Assembly (NCBI GenBank): GCA_035291665.1
Contig: DATDRP010000006.1
Coordinates: 209,255-273,254 of the forward strand
DNA length: 64,000 bases
Direction: 5' to 3'
DNA from: Patescibacteria group bacterium
GTDB taxonomy: Bacteria > Patescibacteriota > Microgenomatia > UBA8517
This document shows positions 56,860 to 64,000 of this stretch, in pieces (the stretch's first letter is position 1; each line of letters opens with the position of its first letter). Both the position numbers and the translations under genes were made by a program. Under the pieces are notes generated by a model that did no database searches, was not told the origin of the DNA, and saw only the letters and a list, made by a program, of their open reading frames with translations.

Positions 56860-56991
56860 AACAGTTTCAAGGAAACCGTAAACTTAATAGTTTACGGAGG
56901 AATTGAACCTGATATATCATTCTCCCTCAGGGGTGAAACCATGCCTAATGGCATGGAGAATGTTATAATCAGTTTTCCAACATCTGATCAA
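56860..56991 (-). promoter_or_regulatory. conserved promoter plus structured leader element, copy B, ending at the ATG of the HMA fusion gene
   Basis: TTGATC-N17-TTATAAC, then ACATTCTCC, hairpin CCATGCCattaGGCATGG, GTTTCAC..GGAGAATGATATATCAGGTTCAATTCCTCC, hairpin CGTAAACTattaAGTTTACG, GTTTCCTTGAAACTGTTATG. Confidence 0.55.
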
Positions 56992-57769
56992 TTGCCTTTT
57001 TGAAATCTTCATATGGGTAAGCTCCCGGCATTAATTTTGTTTTGCCCGTTTTTGTATCCAATAGAATGTTGCCGGGGGTACCATTTACACCTAAGCTTGC
57101 TGCCGTATCTGCGTCACTTTTAACTCTGTCCGCATACTTTCCGCTTTCCAGACAACTCGTAAATTTGGACTCATTTACTCCAGCTTCTTTTGCTAAGTCC
57201 GGTAAATCCGAAAGAGCAATACCTGTTCCACCTGAGTTGGTTTTTGTAAATAGTACATTTACAAATTTCCAAAATGCGGTGTTTCCTCCTAATTCATTTG
57301 CACATTCTGAAGCTTCTGCCTCTTTGGCTGCATTTGCGTGGAAGGGTAGTGGCAGGTGTCGGTAGACCCAAGCAACGTCTCCTTTGTAGCTATCTACAAT
57401 CTTTTGGGCTGTCGGATGGAACCTTTTGCAGTAAGGACATTCCATATCCGAATATTCGAAAAGAAATATCCTTGCATCTTTTTCTCCATTTACATGATCA
57501 TCAGTAGTCAATTTTATCTCACCCTTTAACTCGGGAGCTACTGCGGAAGGCTGAGAGGGTTGAGTCGGGTTGGTATCATTTCCTTTCGCTTCCACCTGTA
57601 TTCCTTCGACTTGAGAACCGTTTTTATAGGTTCCCAGTTCTTTTTCTAGAAATTTTACACGGGTGTACAATGATCCGACAAAGAATAGACTAACAAGTGC
57701 AATTCCTATAGATAAGGCTAAAAAGTTTTCGTTTTTGGGTTCTTGATTATCTGAATTTATTTTTGGCAT
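56969..57769 (-). CDS. membrane-anchored thioredoxin-fold thiol:disulfide oxidoreductase (DsbA/BdbD-like)
   Basis: N-terminal TM. DMECPYCKRFHP CxxC active site in a thioredoxin-fold context. Confidence 0.65.
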   Translation of the reverse strand: MPKINSDNQEPKNENFLALSIGIALVSLFFVGSLYTRVKFLEKELGTYKNGSQVEGIQVEAKGNDTNPTQPSQPSAVAPELKGEIKLTTDDHVNGEKDARIFLFEYSDMECPYCKRFHPTAQKIVDSYKGDVAWVYRHLPLPFHANAAKEAEASECANELGGNTAFWKFVNVLFTKTNSGGTGIALSDLPDLAKEAGVNESKFTSCLESGKYADRVKSDADTAASLGVNGTPGNILLDTKTGKTKLMPGAYPYEDFKKAIDQMLEN

Positions 57770-57785
57770 ATGTTAAGGATACGAA

Positions 57786-57830
57786 ATCATTTATGAAGAA
57801 ATCGTGAATAGATGAAAATAAATCATGAAT
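57786..57830. promoter_or_regulatory. array of (A/G)TGAA direct repeats at about 11-nt phasing upstream of the DsbA-like gene
   Basis: ATGAAgaaatcgTGAAtagATGAAaataaatcATGAA. Similar to the TGAAG pair at 51505-51535. Confidence 0.3.
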
Positions 57831-57838
57831 TGGAATTG

Positions 57839-58357
57839 TTATATGTAATAATTTATTAATATGTAAACGGCAATACTCGCCATTAGCATCGACCCCAAAC
57901 TGAAAACCATGGATTGGTAGGGGAAGAGTCTTTTTCCGTTTTTCTTTTTTATAAAGATGTTTAAAATATCAAACGAGTAAAAAACTACACTTCCCAAGAT
58001 CATGCCGAAAGTTAACTTATCAAAACCAAAGATGCTGTCCATTCTTATAATTAATTTGAATACATAGAAAGACCAAAGTGTCGAAACGAAAATAAGAATA
58101 TATACTAATAGTCCTACAAAGCGATTAAAAAATATTTTGTTTCTTTGACCCAAAGAATTACAAAGCCAAAAGGCAATCGCACCCAATAATCCTCCGATCC
58201 AAATTCCGGTAATTGAGTCGTCAACGCCCACCCATCTGGTTAAAGTAATACCGGCCGCAGCACCTGCAACACATAAAGGACAGTGCGCGAAAGCTAGTGA
58301 AGGTGTTAAAAGTCTAACAACCAAAAAAGATAGAAGAATAAAAGATATTATCCACAT
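57839..58357 (-). CDS. integral membrane protein with TM-proximal CPLC motif (possible DsbB/VKOR-like partner of the DsbA-like protein)
   Basis: Four or five TM helices. AFAHCPLCVAGAA. Tentative functional guess from gene context. Confidence 0.35.
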   Translation of the reverse strand: MWIISFILLSFLVVRLLTPSLAFAHCPLCVAGAAAGITLTRWVGVDDSITGIWIGGLLGAIAFWLCNSLGQRNKIFFNRFVGLLVYILIFVSTLWSFYVFKLIIRMDSIFGFDKLTFGMILGSVVFYSFDILNIFIKKKNGKRLFPYQSMVFSLGSMLMASIAVYILINYYI

Positions 58358-58359
58358 AT

Positions 58360-58878
58360 TTAGTTAACAACGTTACCATTGAATTTGAGTTCTTTTGTTC
58401 CGGACGGATTACTGAAGTAAAGAAAAACCGTGCGGTCAAAAGGACCTACCCCTTTTGGACCGTGTGCAGCCGGATCAAATATTGCAGTAACAGTTGCAGT
58501 TTGTCCTGAAGGTAATTCAAGATTTACCGGAGGATTTTTATCTCCCATCCCTTCCATCCCGAACTCTCTGGTTTCTTTGTCGCCGATTTTTATTTTTGTT
58601 TTGGTACACATACATGAAGTTGCAATTCTTTGAAGTTTCATAGATTCTGCAGACGTATTTTTGACTTCGTAAGTTTTAACCACATTACCGTCTTTCATTT
58701 TGATCGTGCCGACATCATACGATGCAGGACTAACTTCCAAGTCTTTAATATCTACTGATGCTATAGCATCAACCTCTTTTGCCGGAGATTCTTTTCCTCC
58801 TTGCCATATTGCAAAACCAACGATAAGTAGAAAAGAAAAAACCAGTACCCCGATAAGTATTTTCGTATCTTTAGTCAT
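58360..58878 (-). CDS. membrane-anchored secreted protein with CMC and His/Met motifs (possible metal-binding beta-sandwich)
   Basis: N-terminal TM. SCMCTKTK...FGMEGMGDK...AAHGPKG. Confidence 0.35.
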   Translation of the reverse strand: MTKDTKILIGVLVFSFLLIVGFAIWQGGKESPAKEVDAIASVDIKDLEVSPASYDVGTIKMKDGNVVKTYEVKNTSAESMKLQRIATSCMCTKTKIKIGDKETREFGMEGMGDKNPPVNLELPSGQTATVTAIFDPAAHGPKGVGPFDRTVFLYFSNPSGTKELKFNGNVVN

Positions 58879-59138
58879 TTTTTATTGCTTAAGAATTGAA
58901 CAATTTTATAAAATTCTCGGTTACCATTTAAACTTTTAATCTTTTCCCGTAAACAACAACTCAAATGACCTTCAAGCATAATTTTTCGCGCATTTTCCAA
59001 AGCACGTTGTGCTTTTCGGGAACTTTTTACTACCTTAATACACTCATCATGGTTCTCGAATAAAAATAATGTTTTATTCAGATATTTTTTTGCAGTGGAC
59101 AATTCTGATAAAACCTTATCTTTTACTATTGTATCCAT
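58875..59138 (-). CDS. small hypothetical protein
   Basis: ORF only. Confidence 0.3.
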   Translation of the reverse strand: MDTIVKDKVLSELSTAKKYLNKTLFLFENHDECIKVVKSSRKAQRALENARKIMLEGHLSCCLREKIKSLNGNREFYKIVQFLSNKK

Positions 59139-59314
59139 CGAACTAATGGTAGTTTACAAATCTGACTATTAAGAAATCATGAAGACAGCCTCAATAATTT
59201 GCTATTAAAAGATGAAAATTCTGTAGATTGCTTAAATCACTTGGGGAAAATACCGACTTTTCCAGACACCATGATCAGTTTACTGGAATTTAGGCTGGGG
59301 GACATGGATTCACT

Positions 59315-59626
59315 TCACTCACTTTTTAATTCATCTAAACTTTTTCTCAACATTAATTTCAAGGTCTTTTTTCCGGGGTTCGTTTTGAAATATCTTTCCC
59401 TTCTTAGTGCATCATGCTTCGAAACAAAATATTCACAAAATATTAATTTAAAAGGACGCCTTGAAGCAGTGGCTTTTGATTTGCCATGAAAGTGTGCAGT
59501 TAAACGTTCTTTTAAATTAGAGCTGGATCCGATATAGAAAAGACCGTCTTTTTGACTTAAAAGTACATACGTACACCAATTGAGTTTTGACATACTATTT
59601 ATATTAATTTGTCTTTGGAGAAACAT
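59315..59626 (-). CDS. GIY-YIG nuclease-domain protein (YhbQ/UPF0213-like)
   Basis: WCTYVLLSQKDGLFYIGSSSNLKERLTAHFHGKS matches the GIY-x10-YIG motif. Confidence 0.7.
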   Translation of the reverse strand: MFLQRQININSMSKLNWCTYVLLSQKDGLFYIGSSSNLKERLTAHFHGKSKATASRRPFKLIFCEYFVSKHDALRRERYFKTNPGKKTLKLMLRKSLDELKSE

Positions 59627-59690
59627 AAAGTGTCGGTGAAGTACAACGAAGTTGACTTCACGACCATGAAGTGAGCTGTGCTCTACTTCA

Positions 59691-59764
<74 letters not shown>

Positions 59765-59799
59765 ATATCACATTAATTTTAACGTACAATAAATTTCAA

Positions 59800-59878
59800 A
59801 TCCTCAATCCCGCATTGCGGGAAGTCCTACCGTGTCGTCGGGTTTGACTCGACTCTTGCTGTGTACCAGATCCCCCAA
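59800..59878 (-). other. partial tRNA-Gln-like duplicate (shares ATATTGGGGGATC and ACGGTAGGACT with the tRNA) followed by hairpin CCCGCA-a-TGCGGG
   Basis: Minus strand TTGGGGGATCTGG...ACGGTAGGACTTCCCGCAATGCGGGATTGAGGA does not fold as a complete tRNA. Confidence 0.4.
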
Positions 59879-60098
59879 TATAAAAAAAGTAATTAGTTAT
59901 TAGTTATAAGTAGAAAAAATAACTCTAACTAAGGGAATTATATCAAAAATCCGAATCAAATCAGAAGTTGTCGGTTCGGTTTAGTCATTATTTGACGAAT
60001 TAATTAACTGTAATTTCGACTACAGATTTTTTATACCAGCTTTAATAGACTTCATAAGCTATTTGCTCATTATGAAAATATGGCAAATGTGAAGGGGG

Positions 60099-60308
60099 GT
60101 GATAAATATGCAAGACAAGAAAAATGCAATTGAACATTTAAAGAATCATCAGAAGTATCCTGCCACAAAGGAGGATCTTGTGAAGGAATGCGACGATTTG
60201 TCGGATTTTTCGGACGAAGACAAAAAGTGGTTTGAAGAACATCTTATGGAAAAGACCTATAAATCTGCTGATGAAGTTATGCAGGTACTTGGTTTAATGG
60301 AGAAATAA
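60099..60308 (+). CDS. small hypothetical protein (DUF2795-like?)
   Basis: GGGGGGTG SD 7 nt upstream. ...YPATKEDLVKEC... segment. Confidence 0.4.
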   Translation: MINMQDKKNAIEHLKNHQKYPATKEDLVKECDDLSDFSDEDKKWFEEHLMEKTYKSADEVMQVLGLMEK

Positions 60309-60360
60309 ATCTGACAAATTTATATCCTTCTTATTTTTTTAACTTTGGAGGGCAAAGGAG

Positions 60361-60753
60361 GTGATGATTATGATAAAAAAGATAGATTCAATTGGACTTT
60401 TCAGCGAGAATGCCAAGAAATTGAAAGATTTTTATGTTGAGAAAGTCGGCTTGAAGGTTTCGATGGAAGGCGAAATGGGAGAAAATAATGATGTATTATA
60501 TGGATTTGATATCGGTGAAAAAGAAAACTTTTTCATAATGTCGCATTCAGAAGTTAAGGGGAAAAATAAGAATCCCGAAAGATATTTAATAAATTTTGAG
60601 GTTGATGACATTGACAAGGAAGTAGAGAAGTTGAAAAGTAATGATGTCAAACAAATACAGGAAAAATACCATGTTGAAGGATATGGTTACATTTCAACAT
60701 TTGAGGATTCAGACGGTAATTATTTCCAATTGGTTCAGGTAAGAGAAAATTGA
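60361..60753 (+). CDS. VOC/glyoxalase-family small protein (tentative)
   Basis: AGGAGGTG SD. The N-terminal IDSIGLFSENAKKLKDFYVEKVGLKV pattern resembles the glyoxalase fold. Confidence 0.4.
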   Translation: MMIMIKKIDSIGLFSENAKKLKDFYVEKVGLKVSMEGEMGENNDVLYGFDIGEKENFFIMSHSEVKGKNKNPERYLINFEVDDIDKEVEKLKSNDVKQIQEKYHVEGYGYISTFEDSDGNYFQLVQVREN

Positions 60754-60790
60754 TTAAAGATACGGGAACGTTGCATAATTATCTATACAA

Positions 60791-61546
60791 ATGTTTCTTC
60801 TGATAGACAAACCCAAAGGAATTTCGTCGCACGATGTTGTTAACAGAATAAGGCGCATAACCGGAGAAAAGCGTGTTGGGCACGCCGGAACACTGGACCC
60901 AAATGCAACTGGATTATTGATTGTTGCCGTGGGTAGGGATTCAACAAAGAAATTATCAGAATTTCTGAAATTGGATAAAGAATATCTTGCTGAGATAACA
61001 TTGGGAGAAGAAAGGGATACGGATGATGCATTGGGGAAAATTGTAAAAAGTCTAAGTCTAAGTGTAAGAGAAGATCTATCCCGGAAACAGGTTCGTATTT
61101 CACACAACACGAAATCTGTACGGGATGACAAAGCTGGTATCGAAAGTTTACCAACTTTGTCCAGAGAGAAAGTTGAAAATGCGCTGAAGTCATTTGTAGG
61201 AAAGCATGTTCAGATACCTCCGGAATATTCAGCCATAAAGGTAAAAGGAAAAAATGCATATGAGTATGCAAGGAAGGGGATAAGTCTAAGTTTAAGTTCA
61301 AGAAAAGTTGTAATTTATTCAATTGAACTAATTGATTATTCGTTTCCGGTTATAAAATTAAATGTAAAGGTATCAAGCGGTACTTATGTTAGGTCAATTG
61401 CCCGGGATCTTGGGAGGAAGCTTGGAACATTTGCATATTTATCAAATCTTAAACGCTCACAAGTTGGAAAGTATTTGATTAAAAACGCTCTTGATCTTGA
61501 TTCCTTAACAAGCGAAAATTGGAAGGAGTATTCGTTTAACATTTAA
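60791..61546 (+). CDS. truB: tRNA pseudouridine(55) synthase
   Basis: [14 protein letters not shown] (catalytic Asp motif), [21 protein letters not shown]. Confidence 0.85.
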   Translation: MFLLIDKPKGISSHDVVNRIRRITGEKRVGHAGTLDPNATGLLIVAVGRDSTKKLSEFLKLDKEYLAEITLGEERDTDDALGKIVKSLSLSVREDLSRKQVRISHNTKSVRDDKAGIESLPTLSREKVENALKSFVGKHVQIPPEYSAIKVKGKNAYEYARKGISLSLSSRKVVIYSIELIDYSFPVIKLNVKVSSGTYVRSIARDLGRKLGTFAYLSNLKRSQVGKYLIKNALDLDSLTSENWKEYSFNI

Positions 61547-61548
61547 TA

Positions 61549-62751
61549 ATGTTCAGAAAAATTGTATATATTCTAATAACTCTTTTTGTTTTTGTAGCCG
61601 GAGCTTATTTTATAGCAACAAAATATTTCCACATTGATGAAAATGCCGTAAAAACTCTTGTTGAATCACCTTCGCAGGACGTTGTCAAACTGATTAATGA
61701 AAATCCGACAAACTCAGGACCTTTTACTATTTATGGTGATTATAAAATCGGTATTTTTGCGGATCTGGGTGAAAAAGCACCCCGGGTTCTGAGCTTTGAC
61801 AACTCGGGGACACTTTTTACATCAATTACCGGAAAAGGTGAAATCTTGGCGCTGCCGGACGCAGATGCGGATGGCAAAGCGGACAGGATTGAAGTCGTGT
61901 CAAAAGGCTTAAACCGTCCTCACGGAATTGTTTTTTACAATGATTATTTTTATATTGCCGAGACAGACCGGGTGGTCAGGTATAAATACGGTTCTGACCG
62001 TAAGTTGGGAGAGAAGGAGTTTTTATTTAATCTACCGGGGGGTGGAAGACATTTTACAAGAACAATAAAAGTATACGAAAACAAATTGTATACATCAGTA
62101 GGGTCATCTTGCGATGTATGTGTTGAAAAAGAAATCGATAGAGCTTCAATACTTGTATCCGATCTTGACGGTTCAAATTTGAATGTTTTTGCGACGGGGC
62201 TTCGTAATACTGTGTTTTTTGATTTTGCTCCATCGGGAAGCTCAGGAGAAGTTAAAATTTGGGGAAGTGATATGGGGAGGGATTTTTTGGGAGACAATTT
62301 GCCTCCTGATGAGTTGAATGTTATTGAGAATGGGGGAAATTATGGCTGGCCGTGGTGTTATGGCAATAAGGCAATCGACTCCGATTTCAATCGGAACGCA
62401 GGTTTTGATTGTTCAGTTACGCGGGCTTCTGAATTCAATTATCCGGCACACAATGCACCGCTCGGGACCACTTTTATCAAATCCGGAGTATTACCCAAAT
62501 CTTATGAAGGCGATTTGTTGGTATCATTCCACGGATCATGGAATAGCACATCTAAAGTCGGGTATAAAATAGTCAGAATCGATATAGAAAACGGAAAAGC
62601 CGTAGACATGAAGGATTTTATTACGGGTTTTGCCGACAGCAAAGGAAATGTTATCGGGCGTCCGGTTGATCTTGTATTTGATTCAAAAGGGAATTTATAT
62701 ATAAGTGATGACAAGGCTAATGTAGTGTATGTTTTGACCAAAAAGAATTAA
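61549..62751 (+). CDS. PQQ-dependent sugar (glucose/sorbosone) dehydrogenase-like beta-propeller protein, N-terminal TM
   Basis: NRPHGIVF, GGNYGWPWCYG and further propeller blades. Confidence 0.7.
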   Translation: MFRKIVYILITLFVFVAGAYFIATKYFHIDENAVKTLVESPSQDVVKLINENPTNSGPFTIYGDYKIGIFADLGEKAPRVLSFDNSGTLFTSITGKGEILALPDADADGKADRIEVVSKGLNRPHGIVFYNDYFYIAETDRVVRYKYGSDRKLGEKEFLFNLPGGGRHFTRTIKVYENKLYTSVGSSCDVCVEKEIDRASILVSDLDGSNLNVFATGLRNTVFFDFAPSGSSGEVKIWGSDMGRDFLGDNLPPDELNVIENGGNYGWPWCYGNKAIDSDFNRNAGFDCSVTRASEFNYPAHNAPLGTTFIKSGVLPKSYEGDLLVSFHGSWNSTSKVGYKIVRIDIENGKAVDMKDFITGFADSKGNVIGRPVDLVFDSKGNLYISDDKANVVYVLTKKN

Positions 62752-62763
62752 GATAAAGAAAGA

Positions 62764-63507
62764 ATGATCGATGCAAAAATATCAATATTGCTGGGATTTA
62801 TCCAAGGGCTGACCGAGTTCTTGCCCGTTTCCTCGTCAGCACACTTGGTTCTTATCCAAAACCTAATTCCTAATTTCTCTCAACCCGGAATTTTGTTTGA
62901 TGTAGTTTTGCATTTTGGAACTTTGTTTTCCGTTTTGCTGTTTTTCAGAAAACAGATATTAAGCATTAACTTGAAATATCTGATGCTTATTGCAGCCGGA
63001 ACAGTACCGGCTGTTCTGGCTGGCCTTCTTTTTCGGAAAAGTTTTGAGGTGATGTTTTCCAGCATCGGCTGGTTGGGGGTTGAACTCATGATAACAGGGG
63101 TTTTGAATATTATGATAGACAAACCCGATGACGGAAAAAAAGTTTTAAATTATCGAAATTCGCTCTTGATAGGTGTTGCCCAGGCAATAAGTATAATACC
63201 CGGGATTTCCAGATCGGGAGCAACAATCTTTACCGGGGTTAAATTAGGTATCAGTAAAGAGAAAGCAGCTGAATTTTCATTTCTTTTATCGGTTCCTGCA
63301 ATTCTGGGAGCAAATATACTTGAATTTCTTTCCCATCGTGAAGTTAGTATTCTTCCTGCTAATATCTACATATTAGGATTTTTAACAGCGTTATTGATCG
63401 GTTATGTTTCGATTAATCTTGTATACAGATTTTTAAAACAGGGAAAATTCAAACTCTTTGGTTATTATGCCATTCTTCTCGGGCTGGTTACGATTCTTCT
63501 ATTCTAA
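62764..63507 (+). CDS. uppP: undecaprenyl-diphosphate phosphatase
   Basis: GLTEFLPVSSSAHLVL (EFLPxSSSxHL) and PGISRSGATI motifs. Eight TM helices. Confidence 0.85.
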   Translation: MIDAKISILLGFIQGLTEFLPVSSSAHLVLIQNLIPNFSQPGILFDVVLHFGTLFSVLLFFRKQILSINLKYLMLIAAGTVPAVLAGLLFRKSFEVMFSSIGWLGVELMITGVLNIMIDKPDDGKKVLNYRNSLLIGVAQAISIIPGISRSGATIFTGVKLGISKEKAAEFSFLLSVPAILGANILEFLSHREVSILPANIYILGFLTALLIGYVSINLVYRFLKQGKFKLFGYYAILLGLVTILLF

Positions 63508-63872
63508 GTGAGGATTGTAATTATCTTCGGTAAAAAAAGTACGATGCCGACGATAATCGACATGGCAGCGGCCAGAAGTACGCAAGCTGCTGCAACATCT
63601 TTAGCAATTTTTGCATAAGGATTAACCTCGGGACTTGTGGTATTGACGATAGCTTCCAGGACCGTATTTAAAAGTTCCAATACCAACACAAAAAATATTG
63701 TAAAAGTCAGAAATAACCACTCCAGAAGATTAAGTTTAAGTATAAGACCAAGAATAAGAGCAAAGACGGAAAACGAAAGATGGATTCGGAAATTGGGTTC
63801 GTTTTTTAACGCCGTATTCAATCCCTGGAATGCGTAAGAAAAACTTTTTAGAGTTGTATGACGTAAGCCCAT
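63504..63872 (-). CDS. dgkA: diacylglycerol/undecaprenol kinase DgkA family
   Basis: SFSYAFQGLNTALKNEPNFRIH and ELLNTVLEAIVN motifs. Start MGLRHTT at 63872 preferred. The ORF-track start at 63947 is GTG and would translate a copy of the conserved leader element. Confidence 0.65.
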   Translation of the reverse strand: MGLRHTTLKSFSYAFQGLNTALKNEPNFRIHLSFSVFALILGLILKLNLLEWLFLTFTIFFVLVLELLNTVLEAIVNTTSPEVNPYAKIAKDVAAACVLLAAAMSIIVGIVLFLPKIITILT

Positions 63873-64000
63873 GTTGTTAAGTATTAGTGTAAGTCCTGCA
63901 ACAAGATAATGTAAATGGATATTTATAACAGCGTTCAAGAATACCACGCCCTTTAGGGCGTGGATGAATTGAACTCAGATATGTCATCCTCCTTAGGGAA

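Noticed and set aside
59199-59489. 96-aa + strand ORF overlapping the GIY-YIG gene
   Set aside because: Overlaps a motif-supported minus-strand gene. No motif of its own.
63895-63905. Apparent one-base discrepancy between the printed sequence and the ORF track
   Set aside because: The printed text has 41 bases on its last line. The codon at the 63900/63901 junction only matches the ORF-track protein if one A is removed. I treated this as a transcription artefact, not biology. Hand-counted coordinates above about 63900 may be +1.

Overview
The window is a visibly AT-rich, densely coded bacterial segment, about 90% coding, with short intergenic gaps and overlapping start/stop codons. The gene content and small-protein style fit a streamlined, possibly Patescibacteria-like bacterium.

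Main blocks:
1. 0.3-2.5 kb: hypothetical proteins.
2. 2.5-21.6 kb (+ strand): a long arginine-centred cluster of 21 genes. It contains a threonine-synthase-like PLP enzyme, three GNAT-type proteins plus a further weakly GNAT-like ORF, an M15 dipeptidase, a BtpA-like TIM barrel, two pentein/amidinotransferase-fold enzymes, an inositol-monophosphatase-like protein and a HAD phosphatase. It also contains argG, a rocD-like ornithine aminotransferase, ArgE-like and RocB-like M20 peptidases, and argS. Two short leader ORFs with runs of Arg codons sit in front of this cluster. Each is followed by an intrinsic terminator that abuts the next start codon. The first has a full 1:2/2:3/3:4 alternative-pairing (trp-type) attenuator architecture.
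3. 21.7-24.8 kb: a Rel/SpoT-family protein, then an overlapping speH (AdoMet decarboxylase) and a DUF43/BpsA-like aminopropyltransferase gene pair.
4. 25-33 kb: a sensor histidine kinase, bcp, small membrane proteins, a secreted-protein trio, and a cupredoxin ORF lacking a canonical start codon.
5. 33.1-37 kb: a processive GT2 synthase with a QRRRW motif, co-oriented with a GH18 chitinase carrying two CBM5/12 domains.
6. 38.8-42.1 kb: five hypothetical genes, each flanked by a copy of a conserved roughly 20-60 nt element built around the 19-nt palindrome TTGCACCCTAAGGGTGCAA.
7. 46-59 kb (- strand): a copper/thiol-redox island. It holds a CopB-type and a CopA-type P-type ATPase, a CopRS-like two-component system, CopZ, a DsbA-like and a CxxC membrane protein, and an unusual HMA / Cys-containing permease / tandem Cys-Met β-domain fusion protein. 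Copies of a conserved roughly 120-nt promoter-leader element with covarying hairpins end exactly at the start codons of two of these genes.
8. 59.3-64 kb: a GIY-YIG protein, tRNA-Gln(CUG) with an adjacent partial tRNA-like duplicate, truB, a PQQ-type sugar dehydrogenase, uppP and dgkA.

No rRNA or CRISPR array was seen.

Coordinate caveat: the printed sequence appears to carry one extra base near position 63900 relative to the ORF track. The last line has 41 bases, and one codon there does not translate as the ORF track says. Coordinates I counted by hand beyond about 63900 may be +1.
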